A model generated the notes under the pieces. It was not told where the DNA came from. It made no database searches and saw only the letters and a program-made list of their open reading frames with translations. This document shows positions 1 to 9,954 of a stretch of DNA of 64,000 nt, piece by piece. This stretch comes from Candidatus Latescibacterota bacterium. Its GTDB lineage: Bacteria > Latescibacterota > UBA2968 > GCA-2709665. The stretch is taken from assembly GCA_963662665.2 (NCBI GenBank), contig CAXXJS010000010.1:256001-320000 (forward strand), read 5' to 3'. The position numbers and the translations under genes were made by a program. Numbering within the stretch: the first letter of the stretch is position 1; each line of letters opens with the position of its first letter.

Positions 1-301
1 ACTTCTGAGGCGCCCACAGGAACGGAAAAATCGGCCGCCCGGTATAGAGCACCCGGCGGGCGGGCAGGGTGGGTATGCCTTCACCGAACGCCGAGTCGAA
101 CCGTACGCCTTCGGCTGCCAGGCGGTCGATATTGGGTGTATCGACCGGCGAGTCGTCGCGGTAACAGCTCAGATGGTCCACTCGAAACGTGTCGCTGCAC
201 AGCACGATCAGATTCACCGGTACCTCGGGTCGATTCGCGAAGGAGAATAGAAAAGCCGTCCTGGGGACGACTCGCGGCGTGTCCCCGGCTTAACGAAGCT
301 C

Positions 302-904
302 TCAGTCGAGTACGTTTTTGCCGCCGTCGTCCAGGCTGTCGGGACGACGCCAGTACGTGAACTGGGGCGTCCAATCCTCTTCGTCGAGGCCCGCAAGGCC
401 CAGCAACGTCCACATTGAGCAATAGATGTCTCCCGGACCGAAGACGCACGCGTTCTTGCGGAGGACCGAATCGCCGGCGCGGTGGTAGACCACCGCGCCG
501 GGGTAGTTGTCGTCTCCATCCATGACAGACTGCTCGCGGATGTAGTCTCCGCCGCCGTGTGAGGCCAGTTGAAATCGCCACCCGCGGGCGTTTGCGAAGC
601 GGCGCTGGGTTTCCGGAGGGTCCTTTGACAGGAGTACCACTGCCAGAGCGTTCTCCAGATGCGGGAGCAGTCCGTTGAAGCCGTCCGCCCAGAGCGTGCA
701 ATAGCGGCAGCCCTGGCCCATATTGTGGATGGCCAGCAGCCTTTCGTTGTCGCCGAACAGGTCGAGCAGCGTGGTTTCACCCGCCATCGTTTCAAACGTG
801 TAGTTGGGGACCGGCGCTGCCGGATTTTCCTTCTGAAGGGCGTGGAGTTCCACGATCATTTCACCGATGCGCCGTTCGAGATCCGCGATTCTATCGCTCG
901 ACAT
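302..904 (-). CDS. DUF899 family (thioredoxin-like) protein
   Basis: ORF track 302..1015; likely ATG at 904 (MSSDRIADLE) after a purine-rich RBS; motifs TTLLDLFG, GCRYCTLWADGFNG, RGWRF typical of DUF899. Confidence 0.8.
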   Translation of the reverse strand: MSSDRIADLERRIGEMIVELHALQKENPAAPVPNYTFETMAGETTLLDLFGDNERLLAIHNMGQGCRYCTLWADGFNGLLPHLENALAVVLLSKDPPETQRRFANARGWRFQLASHGGGDYIREQSVMDGDDNYPGAVVYHRAGDSVLRKNACVFGPGDIYCSMWTLLGLAGLDEEDWTPQFTYWRRPDSLDDGGKNVLD

Positions 905-1298
905 GTGGGTCCCTTCCCTGTTATCTGATGTTCGACCCTCGCATACGGGCGTGGTTTTCGCCGTCCCGGATGGCCGTCGGTCTCCGCAACCGGCAGAGCC
1001 ACAACGGGGGCCCATAACCTAATGCCAGAGCCAAAATGCCGCAAGCGGAATAGATATCCTCGCAGCAAACAAGCCGCTTCCGGATGTGAGGGTCAAAATG
1101 CACGACGAGACCCGGTGAATTCTGACTACGGCCGAATCCGTGGTTCCCTCACCCTCTCTCATTAGCGAGGGGGCCGGGGGGAGAGGTCGCCTGAAGGCGG
1201 GTAGACGGAAGACGGGAAAGGGTCGAGATTGTCAGCCCCGTACGGTTTCATATCTTGCCGGAGGCATAAAGGACGAGTCAATCGGGCAAGGATGTCCT

Positions 1299-1340
1299 CT
1301 CACGGCTAACGGCTCCCGTCTCACCGATTCACGCTGACAG
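1299..1340. repeat. Degenerate heptamer tandem repeat
   Basis: ctcacgg ctaacgg ctcccgt ctcaccg attcacg ctgacag (period 7). Confidence 0.5.
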
Positions 1341-1373
1341 CTTTTTCTGAGAGGTCCATTGAGCGGACCGCCA

Positions 1374-1402
1374 TTGACATCGGGAAACTTAACGGATATC
1401 TT
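1374..1402 (+). promoter_or_regulatory. Sigma70-like promoter of manA
   Basis: TTGACA (1374-1379), 17 bp, TATCTT (1397-1402), about 50 bp upstream of ATG 1455. Confidence 0.6.
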
Positions 1403-1454
1403 GAACGGCGCGTGATTTTCCGGGCTATCCAAACCACCGAATACGGATCCAGCC

Positions 1455-2441
1455 ATGCTACCAGGCGTTCTTCCTCTTAAACCCTATTTCCGAGAGATGA
1501 TCTGGGGCGGCCGAGGCCTGCAGGAACAGTTCGACAAGGCCCTGCCGTCCGGCCGGCTCTACGGCGAGTCCTGGGAAATCTCCGCGTACCCGGGCATGGA
1601 GAGCATCGTTGCGACCGGTCCGCTTGCCGGACGGTCCCTTCGCGGCCTGGTTGAATCGCACGGCCGCGAGTTGCTTGGCGGGGCGGTTTTCGACCGCTAC
1701 GGCGGCGAATTTCCCCTGCTTGTCAAGCTGCTCGACGCGCACCGGGACCTATCCATCCAGGTCCACCCCGACGACGCATACGCCCGGACGAAACGTCTCG
1801 GGAATTTCGGAAAAATGGAAGCCTGGTTCGTGCTGTCGTCCGAAAACGGCCGGATCGCGTGCGGACTGAAACCCGGCGTTGACAGGTCCGAATTCGTGGA
1901 TGCCATCGACAACAACCGCGTCTCGGATGCCGTCGAGTTTCATGAGGCCCGCCCCGGCGACGTCGTCTTCATCCCACCGGGGACGGTCCACGCCCTCTGC
2001 GCCGGGGTTATGGTGTACGAGGTCCAGCAATCCAGCGACGTCACCTTCCGCATTTACGACTACAACCGCCCCGGCGCCGACGGGAAACCCAGAGAATTGC
2101 ATGTTGACGACGCCCTTGCGGTCATCGATTTCGAAGGCCCGCGCCGAAACCCGGTAGCCTCGTCCACGCTGCCCTCGGCAGGCTCCGGCCAGACCCTCCT
2201 GATCGAGTCCGAACACTTCAGACTTGAACGCTTCATCCCCTCCGGAAACGGGATCGATCACCCACCCGTTACCTCGGTGTCAGCGGTCACGTTTATTCAG
2301 GGAAGCGCCGAGATCCAGGGCGGCGACGACGCCTTCCGCGCGGGGAAAGGCGATACCCTTCTCATCCCCGCCGGTCGCGACTTTTACGTTATTCCTCAGG
2401 GCGAAACCCCGTCTGAATACCTTGTTTCGTCCGTGCCCTGA
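1455..2441 (+). CDS. manA: Mannose-6-phosphate isomerase, type I
   Basis: IWGG, GESWEIS, FPLLVKLLDA, LSIQVHPDD, GKMEAW, GTVHAL, EVQQSSDVTFRIYDY, RELHV motifs. Confidence 0.92.
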   Translation: MLPGVLPLKPYFREMIWGGRGLQEQFDKALPSGRLYGESWEISAYPGMESIVATGPLAGRSLRGLVESHGRELLGGAVFDRYGGEFPLLVKLLDAHRDLSIQVHPDDAYARTKRLGNFGKMEAWFVLSSENGRIACGLKPGVDRSEFVDAIDNNRVSDAVEFHEARPGDVVFIPPGTVHALCAGVMVYEVQQSSDVTFRIYDYNRPGADGKPRELHVDDALAVIDFEGPRRNPVASSTLPSAGSGQTLLIESEHFRLERFIPSGNGIDHPPVTSVSAVTFIQGSAEIQGGDDAFRAGKGDTLLIPAGRDFYVIPQGETPSEYLVSSVP

Positions 2442-2464
2442 TCCATCGACATTCTTGACAATAC

Positions 2465-2496
2465 AGAGCCCCGGAGAAGCGGATCTCCGGGGCTCT
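2465..2496. terminator. Hairpin between convergent manA and PIN toxin genes (probable terminator)
   Basis: Perfect 13-bp stem agagccccggaga / tctccggggctct with 6-nt loop. Confidence 0.65.
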
Positions 2497-2522
2497 TCGT
2501 TATGCAGGTCTCGTGCGCCAGG

Positions 2523-2975
2523 TCAATCCGGATTGTCGTCTCTACCAGACCCCGTTTCTGCGGTCAGATGTACCAGGCGATCCAGTTCATCGGGCGCATA
2601 GACAGGAATCGCTGCACGTTTGAAATCGCCCGCGTTTCGGGTCACGATTCCGTCCCCATCGACGTTCAGCGCGGCCTGATGCAATACCGCATCCTCGAAG
2701 TCTGAGAATTTCGACGCCAGGGCGCCTTCTAAGACCACCCGGTTTACCGACGCGACTTCAAAGAGGTCCATCAATTTCCCTATCTCTTCCCGTGCCCGCC
2801 GATCGCCAACCGTCCTGCGGGCAAGAAAGTGGACGGTTGTCACCGTTGTCGCACATATGAATCCATTGAGGTCGCCCGCGTCCACCAGGGAAAAGAGCCG
2901 GGCGGCGGTCGTTGAAAACGGCTTGCGGTCCAGCAGAAGATCCAATACCACGTTGGTATCAAAGAGGATTTTCAC
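2523..2975 (-). CDS. PIN-domain (VapC-like) toxin
   Basis: MKILFDTNVVLD, DFEDA, IVTRN.GDF PIN motifs; GTG start overlaps the antitoxin stop. Confidence 0.9.
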   Translation of the reverse strand: MKILFDTNVVLDLLLDRKPFSTTAARLFSLVDAGDLNGFICATTVTTVHFLARRTVGDRRAREEIGKLMDLFEVASVNRVVLEGALASKFSDFEDAVLHQAALNVDGDGIVTRNAGDFKRAAIPVYAPDELDRLVHLTAETGSGRDDNPD

Positions 2976-3202
2976 AGGAATTTTTCCTCGAGATACCTCC
3001 CGTAGTCTTCCTCGTTAGCACCCCGCAACGCCCCTCGCAAAGCGCGAACCGCGGGCGTGGTGTCTGTATTGCGATTCTCGTTTCCCAGGAGCGCGAAATA
3101 GTCGGCCACAATCCGGGAGACGGACTTTCCGCTGGACCTCGCGAATGCTTTGGCGAGGCGGACGAGATCCTCGTCCAGCCTCAGGGTGAGTTTGGTTTGC
3201 AT
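2972..3202 (-). CDS. Antitoxin, DUF6364-like (ribbon-helix-helix)
   Basis: MQTKLTLRLDEDLVRLAKAFA..SGKSVSRIVADYF ... YLEEK; directly upstream of and coupled to the PIN gene. Confidence 0.85.
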   Translation of the reverse strand: MQTKLTLRLDEDLVRLAKAFARSSGKSVSRIVADYFALLGNENRNTDTTPAVRALRGALRGANEEDYGRYLEEKFL

Positions 3203-3220
3203 TATGTTCTCCTCACGAGG

Positions 3221-3270
3221 ATGACGTATTAATATTCAAGAAATATACGTCATGTTGACGGCCGTGTCAA
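3221..3270 (-). promoter_or_regulatory. Toxin-antitoxin promoter with overlapping operator
   Basis: Minus strand TTGACA (3270-3265), 17 bp, TATATT (3247-3242); inverted repeat ATGACGTAT (3221-3229) / ATACGTCAT (3245-3253) overlaps the -10. Confidence 0.7.
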
Positions 3271-3350
3271 GATCCGCCTGACAAAAAAAATAGGGCGCCG
3301 GCAAAGCAGAGCCCTTTTTTACTCCGTAAATTCCCGCAAGAACTGGCGTC

Positions 3351-3543
3351 AGCCCCAATTAGAAAAAAAGCAACTCGGCAACGCGACGAAAACCCCTGAA
3401 GCGGGGCGTAACGGTCGTCAAAAAGGATATTCTTTCAGTTCACGTCCAGTGACCTGGTGTATCCCGGTAATCAGCCGTTAAATCTCCTTTATCCACTTGC
3501 ATATCTTCGGTTTTACTTCCCCGAAGAATTTCGAATCAAGGTT
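3351..3543 (-). repeat. MITE-like repeat family C, copy 1
   Basis: Reverse complement aligns along its whole length with 8550..8744; imperfect terminal IRs AACCTTGATTCGAAA / AGCCCCAATTAGAAA. Confidence 0.8.
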
Positions 3544-3570
3544 AGCCTCGCGAAAAGACGCCCGACCTTT

Positions 3571-4029
3571 CTACTCTTCTCCGTCATAGTACTCCGCATC
3601 GGTCATACGGCCCAGTTTGCCAGGGGGACGGATGGCCCACTTGTCCGAATCCGGATAGTAGCATGGATCGCACACGGGATTATCGGCGATGACGTAGTAG
3701 ATCAGGTCCTCGTCTTCGCTCGGGTTCCGGATGTGGTGCGCTGTGCCGGGCGGTTGGACGAACACGTCGCCGGTCTCCACCTCGAACGTGCGGTCGTTCC
3801 GCCTGACAACGCCCCTGCCGCTGACCACAATGTAGAACTCCCACTGAACCTGGTGCGCGTGATAGGGAAAGTTGGTCTTTCCGGCGGGAAGCCGCACCCA
3901 ATCCACCTCGAACGGCTGCCCATGGGTTCCCAACGCGCCTGAAATGTCCTTCCTCGACACGCAGAATTTCTCGCTGGGCGAACGATGTAACTTTTCCTCA
4001 ATTTCGGGTTCGTGGATTTTGTCAATCAT
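3571..4029 (-). CDS. Cupin domain protein
   Basis: PYHAHQVQWEFYIVVSGRG ... GDVFVQPPGTAHHIRN cupin motifs; CYYPDSDK tail. Confidence 0.85.
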   Translation of the reverse strand: MIDKIHEPEIEEKLHRSPSEKFCVSRKDISGALGTHGQPFEVDWVRLPAGKTNFPYHAHQVQWEFYIVVSGRGVVRRNDRTFEVETGDVFVQPPGTAHHIRNPSEDEDLIYYVIADNPVCDPCYYPDSDKWAIRPPGKLGRMTDAEYYDGEE

Positions 4030-4114
4030 ATCGGGTTCCTCCGAATTTGCCGTGAAACGCGTTTATTACAGGTGCGCCTGCAATGTCACGCAGGAATAAG
4101 CCGCGTATGAACCA

Positions 4115-4780
4115 TCAGTCGCCCCGCATCCACTGGCCGGCCACCCTGGCCAGTTCCTCCAGAACCGGTTCGTCGGTATTTCTTCGTTTCAGCACTTTGA
4201 ATCCGTGATCCGCGGTATCCACCACGTGGAGCGTCGCATTGTTCAGCCCGCGGACGACGGGCTCGAGCAGCTTCAGGTCCGCCATTCTGTCCCGCTGTCC
4301 CGATAGGAACAACATCGGTACGGATACGTCCTGCAGATGCGCCGCGCGCTCTGAATTCGGTTTTCCGGCGTGCAGGGGAAATGCGAAAAACACGATGCCC
4401 TTCAAACCATCCATCAATTCCTGGGAACAGGCCATGGAAAACATGCGTCCGCTCATGGAATGTCCGCCCGCGAAGACAGGCAGGCCATTCGCGTGATTCA
4501 ACGCGGTTGCGACGGCGGCGCGCACGGTGGCCAGGCGCACCTTCTCGCCGTCCATACCGCCTCCTTTTTCGGAATAGGGAAAGTTGAAACGGAACGTGGC
4601 GATGCCCGCGTCGTTCAACGCATCGCTCAGGCCCTGCATGAACGCATGACGCATATTGGTGCCCGCCCCATGGCCGAGCACGAGCATTGCATCCGCCCAG
4701 CCCGGCCGTGCGATCAACGCCGACACCTCGCCTTTTTCCTCCGTCGCCAAAAACTCCAATTCCTCGGCTTCAACGGGCAT
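4115..4780 (-). CDS. Alpha/beta hydrolase (KANL3/Tex30-like)
   Basis: HGAG, RFNFPY, GGHSMSGR nucleophile elbow, FPLH, ADHGF. Confidence 0.85.
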   Translation of the reverse strand: MPVEAEELEFLATEEKGEVSALIARPGWADAMLVLGHGAGTNMRHAFMQGLSDALNDAGIATFRFNFPYSEKGGGMDGEKVRLATVRAAVATALNHANGLPVFAGGHSMSGRMFSMACSQELMDGLKGIVFFAFPLHAGKPNSERAAHLQDVSVPMLFLSGQRDRMADLKLLEPVVRGLNNATLHVVDTADHGFKVLKRRNTDEPVLEELARVAGQWMRGD

Positions 4781-4865
4781 TTCTCACCTATCGTGAAAGT
4801 CTGAGACTGCGGAAACTGCGCACGGGTCTTCGCGTCCACGGTACTGCGCCTGCCTCCTTTGGGTG

Positions 4866-4987
4866 TCCGCATCGCATCGCCCGGCTCGCAAGGCGCCTGA
4901 GTGCAGGCGACCTGGGCAGGTCGGCCCAACGTAGCGAGACGGGATGAATCGGCGGCCGAATGGTGAGGTATTCTTGGGACAGGACAC
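4866..4987 (-). repeat. MITE-like repeat family A, partial copy (one terminal IR lost)
   Basis: Reverse complement gtgtcctgtcccaagaatacctcaccattcggccgccgattcatcccgtctcgc...gcgagccgggcga matches the 14458 and 38015 copies. Confidence 0.8.
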
Positions 4988-5064
4988 CAGGGCATCCTGC
5001 CCTCGAAATCGATACAATCCCAGCCCTGTTTCTCTTCTCAAGCCCAATCAGTCTGTTCGAGAAA

Positions 5065-5529
5065 CTACGGTTCCCACGCGATCCGCGATTCGTCCGGCGT
5101 GCCGCACACCGGGCCGCCGTGGTCGTCGGTCAACTTCAGCCTCACGACGATCGGTTCGCCGGTCTCGTGCGCCTGTTCAATCTCCGGCCACATCAAGTGT
5201 ATGAGGCGGATCTTCAGCCGCCGGAACATGTTGAATCGATCGGACCGCTTTACCCCCCAGGAAAGATAGAAGAACCGGTCCCCTGGCCTGCCCTGGGCGT
5301 ACGGACCGAGAAAATTGGGGGAACCGTCGGGTTTCGACCCTATCCTGAATTCGGGATGGAACACCACCTGACACCGATCGGCCGGGACCTGTTCGATCAC
5401 CTCGGTTCCGCGCTGGATTCCCAGATATACGGGTTCCTTGACCCTGGGTTCGTGTTTGTAAGGGTCTTCGAAGCGGAGCCCCGGTAACTGCGAGCACACG
5501 ACTTTCAATTTCAATTGTTTTTCAGGCAT
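5065..5529 (-). CDS. DUF5990-like hypothetical protein
   Basis: VYLGIQRG, FLGPYAQGRPGDRFFYLSWG, MFRRLKI, LTDDHGGPVC. Confidence 0.7.
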   Translation of the reverse strand: MPEKQLKLKVVCSQLPGLRFEDPYKHEPRVKEPVYLGIQRGTEVIEQVPADRCQVVFHPEFRIGSKPDGSPNFLGPYAQGRPGDRFFYLSWGVKRSDRFNMFRRLKIRLIHLMWPEIEQAHETGEPIVVRLKLTDDHGGPVCGTPDESRIAWEP

Positions 5530-5538
5530 TAATCTCCT

Positions 5539-7269
5539 TCAACTCCTGCGCCGGGTTTCGGCCGGATTCCCTCTCTTCTGCATCCTCGCCCAGGTATCGC
5601 GCAGGGTAATCGTACGATTGAATACGAGCTTATCGGGCGTTGAATCCGGGTCCACGCAGAAATATCCCAATCGTTCGAACTGGTAACGGCTTCCGGGTTC
5701 GGCGCCCCTGACCGTGGACTCCACAAAACAGCTCCGCCGCACCTCCAGAGAGTTCGGATTCAGCGTTTCGCCGATGTCCCCGCCTTCGGCCGCCTCCATC
5801 GGATTCTCGGCGTTGAACAGCCGATCGTAGAGGCGCACCTCCGCTTCAACCGCGTGTGCGGCAGACACCCAGTGGATGGTACCCCGGACCTTTCGGCCGT
5901 CAGGCGTCGACCCGCCCCGGCTTTCCGGGTTGAACGTACACCGCAGTTCCACGATCTCTCCGTTTTCGTCCCTTATTACGTCCGTGCATGTGATATAACA
6001 CGCTGCGCGCAGCCGCACCTCCCGCCCCGGCGCCAGCCGGCGGAATTTCCGCGGCGGATCCTCCATGAAATCGTCCCGTTCGATGTAGACTACCCTCGAA
6101 AACGGCACGCTGCGCGTCCCGGCGGACGGATCTTCGGGATTCACCTGCGCCTGGAACACTTCCTCCTTGTCCTCCGGGTAGTTATCGATCACCACTTTCA
6201 ACGGATCGATCACCCCCATGACGCGGGGCGCATGCCGATTCAGATACGCCCGGATATGAAACTCCAGCAGGTCGATCTCCACGGTTGTATCTCGTTTGGA
6301 CATTCCCACGCGGCGGATGAAATCCCGAATCGCCTCGGGCGGCACGCCCCTTCGCCGTAGTCCCGATAGCGTGATCAGCCTGGGATCGTCCCATCCGGCG
6401 AGCAGTCCGTTTTCGATTAACGGACGCAGGTGCCGTTTTCCCACCACCGTATGCGTGACGAACAGCTTTGGGAACTCAATCTGCCGCGAAGGGAAAATCC
6501 CGAGTTCGCGGATATACCAGTCATAGAGCGGGCGGTGGTCTTCGAATTCCTGCGAACACAGGGAATGCGAGACCCCCTCGATCGCGTCCGACTGCCCGTG
6601 GGTAAAATCGTACATCGGATAGATGCACCACGCATCTCCACGGCGGTAGTGAGATGCCCGGAGGATGCGAAACATCACCGGATCGCGCATGTTCATGTTG
6701 GGCGACGCCATATCGATCTTCGCCCTGAGGGTCCGCGTGCCATCGGGAAATTCGCCGGCCCTCATCCGCGCAAACAGGTCCAGGTTCTCGTCGATGGACC
6801 GGTTTCGATACGGGCTTTCTGTTCCCGGCGAGGTCACCGTCCCGCGGTAGGTCCGGGTCGCAACCGTGCTCAAATCGCACACGTAGGCTTTGCCCTTCTT
6901 GATCAGGCTGACGGCGAATTCGTAGAGTTGTTCAAAATAGTCGGAGGCAAAATAGAGGCGGTCCTCCCAGTCAAACCCCAGCCATCGGATATCCCGCCGG
7001 ATACCGTTGACGTAGCTGGCCTCTTCCTTGGTGGGGTCGGTGTCATCGAAGCGGAGATTGCAGACGCCGCCGAATTCCTCGGCAACCCAGAAATTGAGAC
7101 AGATCGCCTTGGCGTGGCCGATGTGAAGATGCCCGTTCGGCTCGGGAGGAAAGCGCGTCATCACGCCCTCATACCGGCCGGCGGCGAGGTCCTCACGAAT
7201 CGCGTCGCGGATAAAATCGGAGAGGACTTTGTCTTCGCCGTCAGCCCGGCTCGCGTTACCTTCGTTCAT
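5539..7269 (-). CDS. glnS: Glutamine--tRNA ligase
   Basis: [62 protein letters not shown]; ATG 7269 after GAGGTG. Confidence 0.95.
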   Translation of the reverse strand: MNEGNASRADGEDKVLSDFIRDAIREDLAAGRYEGVMTRFPPEPNGHLHIGHAKAICLNFWVAEEFGGVCNLRFDDTDPTKEEASYVNGIRRDIRWLGFDWEDRLYFASDYFEQLYEFAVSLIKKGKAYVCDLSTVATRTYRGTVTSPGTESPYRNRSIDENLDLFARMRAGEFPDGTRTLRAKIDMASPNMNMRDPVMFRILRASHYRRGDAWCIYPMYDFTHGQSDAIEGVSHSLCSQEFEDHRPLYDWYIRELGIFPSRQIEFPKLFVTHTVVGKRHLRPLIENGLLAGWDDPRLITLSGLRRRGVPPEAIRDFIRRVGMSKRDTTVEIDLLEFHIRAYLNRHAPRVMGVIDPLKVVIDNYPEDKEEVFQAQVNPEDPSAGTRSVPFSRVVYIERDDFMEDPPRKFRRLAPGREVRLRAACYITCTDVIRDENGEIVELRCTFNPESRGGSTPDGRKVRGTIHWVSAAHAVEAEVRLYDRLFNAENPMEAAEGGDIGETLNPNSLEVRRSCFVESTVRGAEPGSRYQFERLGYFCVDPDSTPDKLVFNRTITLRDTWARMQKRGNPAETRRRS

Positions 7270-7330
7270 GGGTAACACCTCGAATGGGAAAGAGAATCAA
7301 AGTAAGTATAACGCCGCTTTACGGTGTTCA

Positions 7331-7461
7331 GCCGCAGCCGAAACATTTGGACGCAAGATAAAGAGCCGATGGGTCCGGGAAATGCGTCTGCCAAACGTAA
7401 GCCGGGACGGTCATCCCCGGGAAACGGGTGTGAAGGTGGGGTCTGCCTGCTTCGGTTGCGC
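7331..7461. repeat. Possible short inverted-repeat-bounded element (single copy)
   Basis: GCCGCAGCCGAA ... TTCGGTTGCG bracket about 130 bp of the prs-glnS intergenic region. Confidence 0.35.
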
Positions 7462-7518
7462 ACAGACTGCCACGTCGTTGGATCGTCAGGCCGAAAAGGG
7501 CCCTTCAACGCTCCCGCT

Positions 7519-8496
7519 TCAACTTTCGTTCTCGCCTTCTTTGATCCATTCCGGCTCCGTGAACAGGCTGCTGACCGACTCGCCAATGTGAATCCTGCGA
7601 ATGGCTTCCGCGAGCAGGGGCGCCACGGACAAAGTCGCCAGTTTGGTGTGTGACTGAATCCCCGCGGGCCGGGGGACGGTATCCGTTGTCACCACCTCCC
7701 GAACCTCGTCGAGCGCGCAGAAGCGCTCCATGGCGTTCCCCGTAAAAAGGCCGTGCGTGCATGCGATCGTGACGTCACTTACCCGCCGGTCCCGGAGGCG
7801 GTGGATAAGCTCTACGATGGTTCCGCCGGTGGCGATCTCATCGTCCAGTACGATGACGCTCTTGTCGTCCACGTCGCCCACGATCGCGTCGATCACCACC
7901 TTCGTGTCGGAGATGCGCCGTTTGCTTCCGGCGGCTACGGGCAGCCTCAGTATTCTGGCAAAATGGGCGGCCTCTTTCGCCCTGCCGAGGTCGGGCGATA
8001 CCACCACCGTATTCTCCAGATTCCGTCCCTGGAAGTGGCCGGCCAATATGTGCAGCGCGTTGAGGTGATCAACGGGCACGCTGAAGAAACCATGGACCTG
8101 CGCAGCGTGGAGCGTCATCGTGAGCACGCGGCTGGCGCCGGCGGTGTGGAGCAGGTCCGCGACCAGCCGGGCGGCGATGGAGATTCTGGGCGCGTCTTTC
8201 TTGTCCGACCGCGCATATCCGAAATAGGGGATAACGGCCGTCGTCCGTGCGGCCGATGCGCCCCGGGCCGCGTCGAGCATCTGCAACAGCTCCATGAGAT
8301 GATCGTGGACCGGCATCACCATGGGCTGGATGAGAAACACGTCGGCTTCCCGGCAGTTGGCTTCGAGCTGCACCTGGATGCATCCGTTGCTGAAACGATT
8401 GACCGTGCTGGAGCTGGGTTCAACCCCCAGGTGGCTGCAGATGTTTGCCGTCAGGCCCGGATGCGCGTTGCCGCCGAACATCACGATGTCACGCAT
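7519..8496 (-). CDS. prs: Ribose-phosphate pyrophosphokinase
   Basis: IPYFGYARSDKK, LHAAQVHGFF, VVSPDLG, VLDDEIATGGT, CTHGLF. Confidence 0.95.
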   Translation of the reverse strand: MRDIVMFGGNAHPGLTANICSHLGVEPSSSTVNRFSNGCIQVQLEANCREADVFLIQPMVMPVHDHLMELLQMLDAARGASAARTTAVIPYFGYARSDKKDAPRISIAARLVADLLHTAGASRVLTMTLHAAQVHGFFSVPVDHLNALHILAGHFQGRNLENTVVVSPDLGRAKEAAHFARILRLPVAAGSKRRISDTKVVIDAIVGDVDDKSVIVLDDEIATGGTIVELIHRLRDRRVSDVTIACTHGLFTGNAMERFCALDEVREVVTTDTVPRPAGIQSHTKLATLSVAPLLAEAIRRIHIGESVSSLFTEPEWIKEGENES

Positions 8497-8549
8497 GGAT
8501 TGAACTCCTCATTCAGGCGTAACGTCCACCACGTCGGATATCTGAATTC

Positions 8550-8744
8550 AACCTTGACTCGAAATTCTTCGGGGAAGTAAAACCGCATATCTGCAAGTAG
8601 ATAAAGACGATTTGACGGCTGATTACCAGGATACACCAGGTCACTGGACGTGAACTGAAAAAACGTCCTTTTGGACGACCGTTGCGCCCCGTTTCAGGGG
8701 TTTTCGTCCCGTCGCCGATTTGCTGTTTTCTTCGGATTGGGGTC
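8550..8744 (+). repeat. MITE-like repeat family C, copy 2
   Basis: aaccttgactcgaaattcttcggggaagtaaaaccg...caccaggtcactggacgtgaactgaaa...ggattggggt, colinear with the reverse complement of 3351..3543. Confidence 0.8.
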
Positions 8745-8803
8745 AACGATGAAGGGTTCGACGGCCGTGAACGCGGATTGAACACGTCAACATACGAGGC
8801 CCG

Positions 8804-9751
8804 TTAAGGTTGCCCGGCGATAGATGCGATCCGCATCGCGTCCAGTTCGGCGGCGCTGAAGAACCCTGCCTGGTAAAGATTGAGGTATTCCTGCGAAACA
8901 CTCTGTCCGAAGATCATCGGATCGTCCGTATTGACGGTTACTTCCACGCCGTGATCGAAGAGTATGCGAATGGGATGCGACGCCAGCGAGTCGGCGGCGC
9001 CCAACATTACGTTGCTGGACGGACAGACGTGGAGGCGGATCCGATTGTCCGACAACCATCGCATCACGTCGGTGGACTCAGCGGACGCGATGCCGTGTTG
9101 GATCTCGTCCAGCCCAAGCGCTTCCGCTGTCTTCCGCACCCGTTCAGCCCCGCCGAACTCACCCGCGTGCGCCTTCAACTTCATCCCGGCCGATCGCGCG
9201 TGTCCGTAAATAGGAATCAGGTCGTCGAGAGCGCATGCGTATTCGTCCCCGTACACGTCTATTGAGCGGAACACGCCCGATTCAATACCCTCGCGGGCGC
9301 GATGCGCCATTTCTCTGTCGCGGATGATCTCTCGCGGGATCCCGAGTTCCGGCCTGAGTTCGATCCGTTCCCGATGTCGTTCCGCCAGATTCCGGATGGC
9401 CGACGAGAACCCCTCGATGCCGGTTTCGAAATGGCTCGCAGACCGGACGTCGAAGCTCATCTCCAGAAGCCGGACGCCGTCTTCCATCGATTCTTCTACC
9501 GCCGCTCGCGCAATGAATTCGCACGCTTCCCGGGATCTGAGGTAGGGGTAAAGCGCTTTGCCCGCGTAGTCCTCCATCCCCTTAATGCCGCGCATCGGGA
9601 GTACCGGCCGGTCCAGCGCGTGCCCGAGCCATCGCTCCGCGTTCTCGATCCGCGTGCCGAAGTAATGGTGACGGTGGTATTCGGCCTTCGGCGCACGCTG
9701 CATGGATTGCAGATCTCCACTCTCGAGTGCTCGAGCGAAGGGTATGGTCAT
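8804..9751 (-). CDS. Adenosine deaminase family protein
   Basis: PKAEYHRH, KAHAGE, IQHG, CPSSN, HPI, VNTDDP. Confidence 0.88.
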   Translation of the reverse strand: MTIPFARALESGDLQSMQRAPKAEYHRHHYFGTRIENAERWLGHALDRPVLPMRGIKGMEDYAGKALYPYLRSREACEFIARAAVEESMEDGVRLLEMSFDVRSASHFETGIEGFSSAIRNLAERHRERIELRPELGIPREIIRDREMAHRAREGIESGVFRSIDVYGDEYACALDDLIPIYGHARSAGMKLKAHAGEFGGAERVRKTAEALGLDEIQHGIASAESTDVMRWLSDNRIRLHVCPSSNVMLGAADSLASHPIRILFDHGVEVTVNTDDPMIFGQSVSQEYLNLYQAGFFSAAELDAMRIASIAGQP

Positions 9752-9853
9752 TGCCGCCTTTCGTCATGCCGGTATGCGGACGCCGCACGTTGTCCACAGG
9801 TCGTGCGTGCGGTCCATCTAAGGCAATGACTACACGCACGAAGGCATGAAATT

Positions 9854-9927
9854 TGGCTGCCCCCCAGGGATTCGAACCCCGATACTACGGTCCAGAGCCG
9901 CATGTCTTGCCATTAGACGAGGGGGCA
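9854..9927 (-). tRNA. tRNA-Gln (CTG)
   Basis: TGCCCCC acceptor stem, anticodon arm TGCGG-CTCTGGA-CCGTA, GGTTCGAATCC T-arm, encoded CCA; directly downstream of gltX. Confidence 0.95.
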
Positions 9928-9954
9928 GCCATAACTGTTGCGCGTATCGACAGC

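Noticed and set aside
920-1095. GTTAT...ATAAC motifs as possible integron attC sites
   Set aside because: Core sites are in the wrong order or poorly complementary; no integrase or cassette array
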